Source of the DNA: Lacrimispora algidixylanolytica | Lineage (GTDB): Bacteria > Bacillota > Clostridia > Lachnospirales > Lachnospiraceae | Assembly (NCBI RefSeq): GCF_003609635.1 | Contig: NZ_MCIA01000030.1 | Span: 166,984 to 190,983 of the forward strand | Length of the DNA stretch: 24,000 bases | Direction of reading: 5' to 3' | Shown here: piece after piece, positions 1 through 8,407 of the stretch | How positions within the stretch are numbered: the stretch's first letter is position 1 | How the letters are laid out: each line of letters starts with the position of its first letter | Translations under genes and position numbers: made by a program | The notes under the pieces: model-generated | Told to the model about the DNA's origin: nothing | Databases searched by the model: none | The model's input: the letters and a program-made list of their open reading frames with translations, nothing else

Positions 1-1238
1 TTATCAATATGAATCCAAAACTTTAAGACCACGGCTCCAGCATTTGCCATGTGATCTTCCATCTCATTAATCTCCTGATACGCCTGCTTCCACTGATTCT
101 CACTGCAAAAGCCCTCAATCCGCTCCACCAGAACACGACCGTACCAGGTGCGGTCAAAGATTGCGATATGACCAGACCTTGGAACATTGTTCCAGAACCG
201 CCAAAGGTAATGATGAACCCGTTCCATATCATTAGGAGCAGATGTGGGATATACTTTATACCCCCTTGGGTCCAGATGACTGGTAAGCCGTCTGATGGCG
301 CCACCTTTTCCAGCTGCATCCCAGCCCTCAAAACCAATGATTGCCGGGATTTTCAACCGGTATATCTGGCTGTGAAGCTGCTCTAAACGCTCCTGTAAAA
401 CATCAATTTCTCTTTTATATTCTTCCTTTGTCAAGGTCTTTGTTAGGTCAACTCCAGACAGAACTCCATTTTGGTACTCTTTTGTGCGGATTGGAACTTC
501 TTTTTCCTTTCTTTCCCCCCGGGATAAGCAAAGGTGATACGCCTCTTCCAATCGGTCTGCCACATGGGTCATGATTTTCACTGCTGCATAATCCTTATCC
601 ATTGCTTCTATGATGGTCCAAGGAGCAAAGTCCGTATCTGTCTTTTCAAGCATTTCTTCACAAATACTTAGAAACTTGTCATATTCTTTATTTCTTCGCC
701 AGTCATCTGAAGAAACTCTCCAACTGGTATCCTTTGAGGCATCCAGTTTTTTTAACCGGCTCTTTTGCTCCTTTTGAGAAATGTAGAGAAACAGTTTTAT
801 AATGACCATGCCATCATCCGTAAGCTGTCGTTCAAAGGACTGGATGTCCTTATATGCTCCCGCCATGTCACACTCTTTTATCTTTCCGTCAAAACGCTCC
901 ATGGTCACCTGACGATACCAGCTTCTGTCAAAGAGGGCGATTCTGCCTTGAGCCGGTAGCTTTGTCCAAAAACGCCATAGAAACGGGCGCATCCGCTCTT
1001 CCTTGGTTGATTTATCATTGGCATACACATCAAATCCCCTTGGATCAAGTGCCTGTATCAGATGATTAATCTGGGTCCCTTTTCCAGATGCTCCCATGCC
1101 TTCAAATACAATTGATACTGGAATCTTCGCATCCTTAAGCTTACGCTGCAGCTCTCCAAGACGTAGTGTTTGTTCCTTGATTTTTTCTTTATAATCACCT
1201 TGATCAATTTTTTTCAATAAATCGATTTTCTCTAGCAT
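1..1238 (-). CDS. Polyphosphate kinase 2 (PPK2) family protein with two tandem PPK2 domains (polyphosphate:AMP/NMP phosphotransferase type); C-terminus lies beyond the left window edge
   Basis: Absent from the supplied ORF track because no stop codon falls inside the window. Hand translation of the minus strand from ATG 1238..1236 stays open down to position 3 (412 codons): MLEKIDLLKKIDQGDYKEK... Two copies of the PPK2 P-loop and lid motifs are present: FEGMGASGKG...FDRSWY and FEGWDAAGKGG...FDRTWY. RBS GAGGAGGG lies 7 nt upstream. Confidence 0.85.
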   Translation of the reverse strand, partial: MLEKIDLLKKIDQGDYKEKIKEQTLRLGELQRKLKDAKIPVSIVFEGMGASGKGTQINHLIQALDPRGFDVYANDKSTKEERMRPFLWRFWTKLPAQGRIALFDRSWYRQVTMERFDGKIKECDMAGAYKDIQSFERQLTDDGMVIIKLFLYISQKEQKSRLKKLDASKDTSWRVSSDDWRRNKEYDKFLSICEEMLEKTDTDFAPWTIIEAMDKDYAAVKIMTHVADRLEEAYHLCLSRGERKEKEVPIRTKEYQNGVLSGVDLTKTLTKEEYKREIDVLQERLEQLHSQIYRLKIPAIIGFEGWDAAGKGGAIRRLTSHLDPRGYKVYPTSAPNDMERVHHYLWRFWNNVPRSGHIAIFDRTWYGRVLVERIEGFCSENQWKQAYQEINEMEDHMANAGAVVLKFWIHID

Positions 1239-1264
1239 AAACGGTCCCTCCTCTAATTAAGCTG

Positions 1265-2386
1265 TTATGCCTTCAGATGGGAAAATACGTTTGCCACCTC
1301 TGGCATAACCTGGCTGATCTTTATCATCTGTGGACATTCTTCTTCACAACGGTGGCATGCCATACAACTCTCAGCATTGATCGATATGTTGCGATACCCT
1401 TCCACTGCTTCCTCTTCTTTGTGGGCAGCCGTCATATTATAAAGGGTAAATATATCTGGAATCGGAAGTCCAAATGGACAAGGAAGGCAGTAACGACAAC
1501 CGGTGCATCCCACTAGGGCCATGGAATCATACACTTCCTTTGCCTTTTTATAGATTTCTTTTTCCTCTTTGGTTACCATATGAATATGGCTTCTGTCTCC
1601 ATATAGAAGGTTTTCTTCCAACTGAGTCTCATCACTCATACCACTTAATAACAAGCTGACCTCTGGCTGATCCCATATAAAGTCCAGGGCATATTCCACA
1701 CAGGATTTATCTTCTTTAAATAACTCTTTTACATGAGCGGCAGGAGTGGCTAGCTTTCCACCCAAAAGCGGCTCCATTACTACTACGGCAAGCCCCTTAG
1801 AAGCTGCCTCTTTTAAGCCTTTTTCACCTGCCTGATGAGTAAGGTCCACGTAGTTATACTGGATTTGGCAAAAATCCCATCCATCATAATAATCTAGGAT
1901 ATCCTGAAACACGTCATATGAATCATGGAAGGAAAAACCAAGATATTTAATCTTTCCTTGTTCCCTTGCTTTTTCCATTTTCTTTACGAGATCAAATTTT
2001 TTCACCGTATCTTCAAACCGGTCCCTGCTAAGTGCATGAAGAAGATAAAAATCAATATGGTCAGTTTGCAGCTTTTCTAACTGCTCTTCTAAAATAAGCT
2101 CAAAATCCTCTTCCTTTTCAAGCTTCCAGACCGGACACTTGGTGGCTAGATATGTCTTTTCCCGGTAGCCATCTAAAAGTGCGTTTCCTACGATCCGCTC
2201 ACTTTCTCCTTGATGATAAGGATACGCTGTGTCTATGTAATTTACTCCTTCATCAATGGCATGACGGATCATCTTAATTGCACGTTCTTCATCCACCTGA
2301 TTGTTATCGAGTACGGGAAGTCTCATGGCTCCAAACCCTAGTGCTGATACTTTTAAACCTGTTTTTCCAAATTCACGATACTGCAT
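1265..2386 (-). CDS. Aldo/keto reductase with C-terminal 4Fe-4S ferredoxin-type cysteine clusters
   Basis: 373-aa ORF. AKR N-terminus MQYREFGKTGLKVSALGFGAMRLP and DTAYPYHQGESE. C-terminal CTGCRYCLPCP and CMACHRCEEECP cysteine motifs. RBS GCGGAGG upstream. Confidence 0.9.
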   Translation of the reverse strand: MQYREFGKTGLKVSALGFGAMRLPVLDNNQVDEERAIKMIRHAIDEGVNYIDTAYPYHQGESERIVGNALLDGYREKTYLATKCPVWKLEKEEDFELILEEQLEKLQTDHIDFYLLHALSRDRFEDTVKKFDLVKKMEKAREQGKIKYLGFSFHDSYDVFQDILDYYDGWDFCQIQYNYVDLTHQAGEKGLKEAASKGLAVVVMEPLLGGKLATPAAHVKELFKEDKSCVEYALDFIWDQPEVSLLLSGMSDETQLEENLLYGDRSHIHMVTKEEKEIYKKAKEVYDSMALVGCTGCRYCLPCPFGLPIPDIFTLYNMTAAHKEEEAVEGYRNISINAESCMACHRCEEECPQMIKISQVMPEVANVFSHLKA

Positions 2387-2459
2387 AATAAAACCTCCGC
2401 ATGTGTATTTAATAAAACAATTGTATCACAATCAGCCACACATAAAAATAGTTTTTATC

Positions 2460-2625
2460 TTAGGGCGTGTCTGAAAACTGCTTGTTTCAAGATGTACGTT
2501 ACTCTTTGTGGGAGATTTGTTCCAGATGAAGGCGGCGTAGTGGGCTACGCCAACTGAATTTGGAGCAAATATACTGCGAAGTGGGACGTGCAGATTGGAG
2601 CGATGAGTTTTCAGACACACCCTAA
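2460..2625. repeat. 166-bp long imperfect palindrome (nested inverted repeats); MITE-like element or long-hairpin RNA
   Basis: Terminal arms TTAGGGCGTGTCTGAAAAC (2460-2478) and GTTTTCAGACACACCCTAA (2607-2625) match 18/19. Inner arms ATTTGTTCCAGA (2515-2526) and TTTGGAGCAAAT (2560-2571). Apex hairpin GGCGTAG-TGGG-CTACGCC (2534-2551). All share the symmetry centre 2542.5. Confidence 0.6.
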
Positions 2626-2671
2626 AAAAGAAAGACAGGAAACACAGCTTTTTTGCTCTGCTTCCTGTCTT
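2624..2671 (-). terminator. Rho-independent terminator downstream of aspartate kinase
   Basis: 10-bp perfect stem AAGACAGGAA (2632-2641) / TTCCTGTCTT (2662-2671). On the minus strand it is followed by TTCTTTTTT. It starts 5 nt after the stop at 2676. Confidence 0.7.
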
Positions 2672-2675
2672 ATTC

Positions 2676-3995
2676 TTATACTTCTGTCATAATAAAGATA
2701 TCGTAAATAGCCTTAATTGCTTCCTCAAAGTCTGCATTCTTAACGCCGATTATTATGTTTAGTTCACTGGAACCCTGATCAATCATCTTAACGTTCACTC
2801 TGGAATGAGCCAGTGCTGAGAAGATTCTTCCGGCAGTCCCTCTGGTCGCCTTCATTCCCCGCCCTACTACGGCTACTAAGGCTAGGTCTGATTCCATCTC
2901 AATGAAATCCGGTTCCACGGCCCGATGGATTCCTGCGATTACGGACTGCTCAAACTCTTCAAATTCCGATTGATGGACAAAGATCGTCATGGTATCAATG
3001 CCTGATGGCATGTGTTCAAAAGATACACCGTATCGTTCGAATACCTCTAACACCTTTCTCCCAAAGCCCACTTCCGCATTCATCATGGCTTTTTCAATGT
3101 TAATGGAGCAAAAACCTTTTTTTCCTGCGATTCCTGTAATGGTATAATTGGGTTTTTTGCAGGTGCTTTCTACAATTACGGTTCCTTTATCTTCTGGACA
3201 ATTGGTATTTCTGATATTAATAGGAATGCCTTCTTTTCTTACGGGGAAGATGGCATCCTCATGAAGCACACTTGCACCCATATAGGCCAGTTCCCTTAGT
3301 TCTCTGTATGTAATGGTTTCAATGACTTCAGGATTTTTGATAATCCTTGGATCTGCTACCAAAAAGCCCGACACATCGGTCCAATTTTCATACATGTCAG
3401 CATGAATGGCCTTTGCAACAATAGAACCTGTTATATCAGAACCACCTCTGGAAAAGGTTTTAATGGTTCCATCTTTTTTCGCTCCATAAAAGCCTGGTAT
3501 TACGGCTTTTTCCACATGCTCCAGGCGATCCCCCAGCTCTTTGTCTGTAAGGTCCGCTAAAAAGCTTCCGTCTGTATCAAAGAAGATCACTTCAGCCGCG
3601 TCTATAAATTCGTAGCCCAGATACTCTGCCATTACCATTCCGTTTAAATATTCACCTCTAGAAGCCGCATAATCCTTTCCGGCCTGTTTGAGGAAATTCT
3701 CTTCAATGGTGGAAAATTCAAAATCCAGATTTAGGTTTAAACTAAGACCGTCAATGATTTCATCGTAACGTTCTCTGATTTTCTCTAATATCTTTTTATA
3801 GCTTTTTCCTTGAGTTGCTGCCTCATAACACTGATACAGCATATCAGTCACTTTTTCGTCCTTGTCACTACGCTTTCCAGGTGCGGAAGGGACCACATAC
3901 CGCCTGCTTTTGTCTCCCCGAATGATATCTCCAACCTTTTTAAACTGCTTTGCGCTGGCCAAAGAGCTGCCTCCGAATTTTACAACTTTTTTCAT
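2676..3995 (-). CDS. Aspartate kinase (monofunctional, about 440-aa class with C-terminal ACT domains)
   Basis: 439-aa ORF. N-terminus MKKVVKFGGSSLASAKQFKKV matches the amino-acid-kinase KFGGSS motif. Also SRGGSDITGS. The regulatory C-terminus looks ACT-like (LALVAVVGRGM...VNVKMIDQGSSELNIIIGV). Confidence 0.92.
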   Translation of the reverse strand: MKKVVKFGGSSLASAKQFKKVGDIIRGDKSRRYVVPSAPGKRSDKDEKVTDMLYQCYEAATQGKSYKKILEKIRERYDEIIDGLSLNLNLDFEFSTIEENFLKQAGKDYAASRGEYLNGMVMAEYLGYEFIDAAEVIFFDTDGSFLADLTDKELGDRLEHVEKAVIPGFYGAKKDGTIKTFSRGGSDITGSIVAKAIHADMYENWTDVSGFLVADPRIIKNPEVIETITYRELRELAYMGASVLHEDAIFPVRKEGIPINIRNTNCPEDKGTVIVESTCKKPNYTITGIAGKKGFCSINIEKAMMNAEVGFGRKVLEVFERYGVSFEHMPSGIDTMTIFVHQSEFEEFEQSVIAGIHRAVEPDFIEMESDLALVAVVGRGMKATRGTAGRIFSALAHSRVNVKMIDQGSSELNIIIGVKNADFEEAIKAIYDIFIMTEV

Positions 3996-4043
3996 AGCGT
4001 CTCTCTCCTTTGATACAGGTTATTATGTGGATATTTAACGGAA

Positions 4044-4072
4044 ATAATATCCCAATTACTTTCTGATGTCAA
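4044..4072 (-). promoter_or_regulatory. Sigma-A type promoter for aspartate kinase
   Basis: Minus strand TTGACA (4072..4067), 17-nt spacer, TATTAT (4049..4044). Predicted leader is only about 40 nt. Confidence 0.5.
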
Positions 4073-4141
4073 GCATTTTTCAAATAGATTGCATATTTTT
4101 CCATTTTTATGAATAAATAATCTATCTGATTCCCTGGGTTT

Positions 4142-4729
4142 TTAAATTAGAGTTTCCATTTCTAAGTTTACTTTTTCTTCGCAGGAACGCATGGCAAGTA
4201 TGGTTTTCTCAAATAAATCATCAAGGGTCCAGTCAAGAGCTTCCGCCCCCTTTGCGATTACATCTCTGGAACATCCGGCTGCAAATTTCTTGTCCTTAAA
4301 CTTTTTCTTCAGGCTTGAAATCTCCATATCCAACACGCTTTTTGATGGACGCATTCTGGCTGCTGCACCGATGAGTCCGGTGAGTTCATCTGCTGCAAAT
4401 AAAATCTTTTCCATGGTGTGTTCTGGTTTCACGTCTACGCAGATTCCATATCCATGGCTTACAATGGCCCGCACCAGCTCTTCTTCTGCTCCAATTTCAG
4501 CTAAGAGCTCAGGAGCCTTTTTACAGTGTTCCTCTGGGAATTCTTCAAAATCAACATCATGGAGAAGCCCAGCTAGTCCCCAGAATTCTACCTCATCTAG
4601 ATATCCCATTTCATCTGCGTACCACTTCATGACCCCTTCTACGGTCAGACCGTGAAGCAGATGGAAGGGTTCTTTATTATATTTCATAAGCAGTTTTAAT
4701 GCTTCCAGTCTGGTAACTGTTGTTTTCAT
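4142..4729 (-). CDS. HD-domain metal-dependent phosphohydrolase
   Basis: HD motif in WGLAGLLHDVDFEEFPEEH. I prefer the start at ATG 4729 (MKTTVTRLEALKLL...) because AAGGAGAGG lies 7 nt upstream. The ORF-track start at 4774 would give an ATGA overlap with the upstream gene and cannot be excluded. Confidence 0.85.
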   Translation of the reverse strand: MKTTVTRLEALKLLMKYNKEPFHLLHGLTVEGVMKWYADEMGYLDEVEFWGLAGLLHDVDFEEFPEEHCKKAPELLAEIGAEEELVRAIVSHGYGICVDVKPEHTMEKILFAADELTGLIGAAARMRPSKSVLDMEISSLKKKFKDKKFAAGCSRDVIAKGAEALDWTLDDLFEKTILAMRSCEEKVNLEMETLI

Positions 4730-4770
4730 CCTATTCCTCTCCTTCTCATAACGTTCAGATGATTCTTTCA

Positions 4771-5214
4771 TCATATTACATTTATACCGCTTTCACCTGT
4801 TACTTGAATTCCATGTTTCTCTAAAAGCTCCGCTGTCATACCGCTTCCTTCTATTTTTGAACCGGAAAAAGTGCCATCATAAATAACTCCATGTCCACAA
4901 GACGGACTGCGCTCCTTTAATATGGCACGTTTGCAGCCGTATAGCTTGCCGATTTTTAATGTTTCATTCGCACCCTCTTTAAAAAAGCTTGTCACGTCCT
5001 GCCCTTGCTGATTCATTACCAAGCCATCCCTTTGCCTCTCTGCCGGTTCTCTTGGAGTCATAAGACCTCCTAGCTGCTCCGGGCAGACTGGAATCAAATT
5101 ATAATGCTCCATCAGGGATAACACTTCTTCCCTTTTGCCATTTCCACCGTCATAGCGGCAATTCACCCCCAAAAGGCAAGCACTTACCAGTATGTTTTCT
5201 CTTTTCTCTTCCAC
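4771..5214 (-). CDS. DUF523 family protein (TudS-like 4Fe-4S thiouracil desulfidase family)
   Basis: Conserved ILVSACLLGVNCRYDGG and ERSPSCGHG cysteine motifs. I prefer the GTG start at 5214, preceded by AGGAGG at 7 nt. The ORF-track N-terminal extension to 5268 runs into the clpP terminator. Confidence 0.8.
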   Translation of the reverse strand: MEEKRENILVSACLLGVNCRYDGGNGKREEVLSLMEHYNLIPVCPEQLGGLMTPREPAERQRDGLVMNQQGQDVTSFFKEGANETLKIGKLYGCKRAILKERSPSCGHGVIYDGTFSGSKIEGSGMTAELLEKHGIQVTGESGINVI

Positions 5215-5245
5215 CTTAGAGCCTCCTTTCATAAATCCTACTCTA

Positions 5246-5293
5246 ACAAAAAAAAGAAAGAGGTTCAATCCCCTTTTTTAAGATTGAACCTCT
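5246..5293 (-). terminator. Rho-independent terminator downstream of clpP
   Basis: 12-bp perfect stem AGAGGTTCAATC (5259-5270) / GATTGAACCTCT (5282-5293). The minus strand then reads TTCTTTTTTTT. Confidence 0.75.
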
Positions 5294-5303
5294 GATTGCT
5301 TCT

Positions 5304-5888
5304 TTATTTTCGTTCTACGATTTCATCAATGATTCCGTAGGCCTTGGCTTCCTGCGCTGTCATATAATGATCACGGTCCGTATCCCGTTCTATTTCTTCT
5401 GTGGTATGCCCAGTATTTTCAGCCATGATTCGGTTTAGTTTGTATTTATCCATTTCAAGCTTTTTCGTGAATATAGATATATCTGAGGCTTTTCCCCCAA
5501 TACTTTGAACCGCTACCTGATGGATCATGATTTCAGCATTTGGCAGGGCAAATCGTTTTCCCTTTGTTCCACCAGCCAAAAGAAATGCTCCAAAGCTTGC
5601 TGCAAAACCAAGACAAATGGTGGAAACGTCACATTTAATATGTCTCATAGTATCGTAAATAGCAAATCCTGCCGTGACAGAGCCGCCTGGACAATTAATG
5701 TAAAACGAGATATCCTTTGACGGGTCCTCAGCCTCTAAAAACAGAAGTTGTGCCACGATCAGCCTTGCAGATTCATCACTTACTTCTTCTCCAAGAAAGA
5801 TGATCCGCTCTTTTAACAAACGGGAAAAGATATCGTAGCTCCGCTCTCCTGCCGATGTCTTCTCAATGACATAAGGTACAAAACTCAT
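5304..5888 (-). CDS. clpP: ATP-dependent Clp protease proteolytic subunit (orphan paralogue, not next to clpX or tig)
   Basis: [33 protein letters not shown] aligns with canonical ClpP. Ser-His-Asp triad context is present: [22 protein letters not shown]. Start ATG 5888 has AAGGAGGTG 6 nt upstream. The ORF-track start at 5897 is a GTG inside that RBS. Confidence 0.92.
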   Translation of the reverse strand: MSFVPYVIEKTSAGERSYDIFSRLLKERIIFLGEEVSDESARLIVAQLLFLEAEDPSKDISFYINCPGGSVTAGFAIYDTMRHIKCDVSTICLGFAASFGAFLLAGGTKGKRFALPNAEIMIHQVAVQSIGGKASDISIFTKKLEMDKYKLNRIMAENTGHTTEEIERDTDRDHYMTAQEAKAYGIIDEIVERK

Positions 5889-6286
5889 GCGGCGCACCTC
5901 CTTTCATCTGCCTGCCTGGAGATAATTTCCATTCTTCTTAACTCTTTACAGATTCCATTTTCTCTGTACGTCTTTGGCGTACAACCAAAGGCCTGTTTAA
6001 ACGCCAAAGTAAATGCCTGCTGGGACTGATAAGATGCCTCAAAGGCAATGTCAGAGATGGAATATGTTTCCTCCTCCACAAGCTTTCTTGCTGCCTCTGA
6101 AAGCCTTCGTTCCTTAATATAGCGATGTAGCGTGCATCCAGTCATTTCAAAAAACATACGATTTAAATGAAACTTGGAATATCCGGCATGAGTTGCAATT
6201 GTTTCCAGATCCAGTCTTTCCTCTAAAGACATCTTTGCTTCTATATATTCAGTCACATCTTTGATTGCACTTTTCTTCTCAACCAT
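5885..6286 (-). CDS. Small AraC-family transcription factor, DNA-binding domain only (MarA/SoxS/Rob-like, about 133 aa)
   Basis: Two HTH units: [18 protein letters not shown] and [32 protein letters not shown]. Start ATG 6286 has AAGGAGGTGG upstream; the ORF-track extension to 6406 lacks an RBS. The stop overlaps the clpP ATG (ATGA, 5885-5888). Confidence 0.85.
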   Translation of the reverse strand: MVEKKSAIKDVTEYIEAKMSLEERLDLETIATHAGYSKFHLNRMFFEMTGCTLHRYIKERRLSEAARKLVEEETYSISDIAFEASYQSQQAFTLAFKQAFGCTPKTYRENGICKELRRMEIISRQADERRCAA

Positions 6287-6475
6287 GTTCCACCTCCTTA
6301 ATATGATTTTGATTATATCAGTTCTTATCTTCATTGTCTTAATAAAAAATGCGGTTATTTTCGAGGTTTTTCCATAAAATAGAGGAATCTGCACAATTTG
6401 TACCACCTCATACAGATAAAATAATTCAAGAGGGCTATAATATCAGTAAATCCTACTATTTTGGTAGAAAAAACA

Positions 6476-6504
6476 ATGACATTTCCCTTAAAATATAGTA
6501 TACT
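6476..6504 (+). promoter_or_regulatory. Candidate sigma-A promoter for the flavodiiron gene
   Basis: ATGACA (6476-6481), 17-nt spacer, TATACT (6499-6504), about 45 nt upstream of ATG 6550. Confidence 0.4.
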
Positions 6505-6549
6505 TTTAATTGATAAGATAGTTCGAACGAAAGAAAGGAAGGCTGCAAC

Positions 6550-7749
6550 ATGTATTGTGTAAAAAAAATCAACGACGATTTATACTGGGTCGGGGGAAGT
6601 GACCGCCGTCTGGCTCTGTTCGAGAACGCTTACCCGATTCCGAGAGGAATTTCCTATAATTCTTATGTCATGCTAGACGAGAAGACTGTACTGTTTGATA
6701 CCGTTGACCGGGCGATTACTGGACAATTTTTGGAAAATGTGGAAGCTGTGCTTGATGGACGGAACCTAGATTATATTATTGTCAATCATATGGAGCCGGA
6801 TCACTGTGCTACCTTAGGAGAGATCGTAAGAAGGTATCCGGATGTACAGGTCGTATGCAATGCAAAAACAGTTCCCATAATTAACCAGTTTTACGAATTT
6901 GGTGTTGATTCCAGAGCAATCATTGTAAAAGAAGGAGATACCTTAAGTACCGGTAAGCACAACTTTACCTTCTATCTGGCTCCTATGGTCCACTGGCCGG
7001 AAGTTATGGTCACTTATGATACTACGGATAAGGTCCTTTTTTCAGCCGATGCCTTTGGTACCTTTGGCGCTATGAATGGAAATATATTTGCTGACGAATT
7101 GAATTTTGAGCGGGACTGGCTTGATGATTCCAGAAGATATTATTCCAATATTGTGGGCAAATACGGCCCATCTACCATGACACTATTAAAGAAACTTGCG
7201 ACACTTGATATTCAACTTCTCTGCCCGCTTCACGGCCCTGTATGGCGATCAGATATTAACTGGTACGTGGATAAGTACCTTTTGTGGAGCAGTTATGAGC
7301 CGGAAGAAAAATCCGTTATGATCGCTTATGGTTCTATCTACGGCAACACAGAGAATGCTGCCAATATACTGGCCTGCCGCTTAGCAGATCAGGGTGTCAA
7401 AAACGTGGTAGTCTATGATGTAGCTGTTACACATCCGTCCGTGCTGATATCAGAAGCATTCCGGTGCAGCCATCTGGTATTTGCTTCCGCGACTTACAAC
7501 AGCGGTATCTTTAGCAGCATGGAACACCTGCTTATGGATATGAAATCCCATAATGTACAAAACCGTACAGTTGCTCTCATGGAGAATGGTACCTGGGGAA
7601 TTACAGCAGGTAAAAAGATGGCTGAAATCATTTCACAGATGAAAAACATGACCATACTTGATGATATGATTACCATTAAGTCTTCTGTAAAAGAAGATCA
7701 GCTTACAGAAATCAATGCTATGGCTGAAGCTATCGTAAAAACTTTATAA
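6550..7749 (+). CDS. fprA: FprA-family A-type flavoprotein (flavodiiron protein; O2/NO reductase)
   Basis: 399 aa. Metallo-beta-lactamase-like diiron motif VNHMEPDHCATL. C-terminal flavodoxin-like domain VMIAYGSIYGNTENAANILA. RBS AAGGAAGG lies 7 nt upstream. This is the only plus-strand gene in the window. Confidence 0.92.
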   Translation: MYCVKKINDDLYWVGGSDRRLALFENAYPIPRGISYNSYVMLDEKTVLFDTVDRAITGQFLENVEAVLDGRNLDYIIVNHMEPDHCATLGEIVRRYPDVQVVCNAKTVPIINQFYEFGVDSRAIIVKEGDTLSTGKHNFTFYLAPMVHWPEVMVTYDTTDKVLFSADAFGTFGAMNGNIFADELNFERDWLDDSRRYYSNIVGKYGPSTMTLLKKLATLDIQLLCPLHGPVWRSDINWYVDKYLLWSSYEPEEKSVMIAYGSIYGNTENAANILACRLADQGVKNVVVYDVAVTHPSVLISEAFRCSHLVFASATYNSGIFSSMEHLLMDMKSHNVQNRTVALMENGTWGITAGKKMAEIISQMKNMTILDDMITIKSSVKEDQLTEINAMAEAIVKTL

Positions 7750-7763
7750 TATCAGGTCAATGT

Positions 7764-7816
7764 AAAACCCCTCCCGGGATACAGCGTATCAGCTGAACCT
7801 GGGAGGGGTTTTTTAT
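7764..7816. terminator. Bidirectional rho-independent terminator shared by fprA (+) and agrB (-)
   Basis: 12-bp perfect stem AAAACCCCTCCC (7764-7775) / GGGAGGGGTTTT (7801-7812), with a T-run on the plus side and TTTTACA on the minus side. The agrB stop codon (7813-7815) abuts the right arm. Confidence 0.75.
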
Positions 7817-8394
7817 GAATTGGATTCTATTATCACAGGATTTATTATCTTTTGCAGTACCAGTAAAAATGCAGCGGCGCAAATTGCCCATCTTATTAAA
7901 CCTCCTACATAAACCAATTGGATGGCATCAAATATCATACTACCGATATTTGCCAGGATTAGGATCTCTCTTGCTTTTTTCCTATAGAATTCTTTCTCTT
8001 TCTCATCCAGTCTCTTATTCTCATTATCAGCCGGACTCATAACATAAATAATTACGTCAGATAAGGCCAATAATCCCCACAACAAGAACTGATTTATTGT
8101 AAAATGAGATAATAAAAGGATTATAAAAATATAACAGCAGGAAAACAGATAACATCCTGTTTTGGTCTTTGCATGATATCCCCCTGCATTTCTTCTTAAT
8201 GGTATCAAAACACTTCCAATTAGAATTAATTCCGGCACCCTTTGCAAACAGACTGCAATCCATAAATATGAAATACAATGAATGATTTTCAGAATCAGAC
8301 ACTCCATTCCAAATTTATAAATTTCAGCATCTTCTTCTGCAATAATATGATAATAGATTAGTCTTCTGGTAAAGGATTCTTCCCATGGTATCAT
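7813..8394 (-). CDS. agrB: AgrB-family membrane endopeptidase (processes the AgrD autoinducer precursor)
   Basis: 193-aa polytopic membrane protein with the AgrB signature LIPLRRNAGGYHAKTKTGCYLFS. His and Cys are 7 residues apart, as for catalytic H77/C84 of S. aureus AgrB. The N-terminal EIYKFGMECLILK region is typical of clostridial AgrB. Confidence 0.85.
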   Translation of the reverse strand: MIPWEESFTRRLIYYHIIAEEDAEIYKFGMECLILKIIHCISYLWIAVCLQRVPELILIGSVLIPLRRNAGGYHAKTKTGCYLFSCCYIFIILLLSHFTINQFLLWGLLALSDVIIYVMSPADNENKRLDEKEKEFYRKKAREILILANIGSMIFDAIQLVYVGGLIRWAICAAAFLLVLQKIINPVIIESNS

Positions 8395-8407
8395 ACGGTA
8401 CTTCGCC

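Noticed and set aside
2432-2620. 62-aa minus-strand ORF from the track (MCLKTHRSNLHVPLRS...)
   Set aside because: It lies entirely on the 166-bp palindromic element, has no RBS and has odd composition. It is most likely a by-product of the repeat rather than a gene.
3996-4141. Expected a lysine (L-box) riboswitch or T-box leader upstream of aspartate kinase
   Set aside because: The spacer is only 146 nt. It holds a good TTGACA-17-TATTAT promoter about 40 nt from the start codon, which leaves no room for an L-box of about 180 nt. I saw no conserved riboswitch cores.
4191-4655. 154-aa plus-strand ORF antisense to the HD gene. The same applies to 8727-9071, 9435-9740, 16137-16632, 17395-17622, 23124-23679 and other plus-strand track ORFs inside minus-strand genes.
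   Set aside because: These are antisense shadow ORFs inside genes with strong family motifs. They are Ser/Pro/Leu-rich, low-complexity translations without an RBS.
5885-6406. Long N-terminal extensions in the ORF track (AraC to 6406, clpP to 5897, DUF523 to 5268, dat to 20701, livF to 22028, DUF4392 to 19778)
   Set aside because: In each case an internal start has a canonical GGAGG-type RBS at 5-9 nt and matches the usual family N-terminus. The extensions overlap neighbouring genes or terminators.
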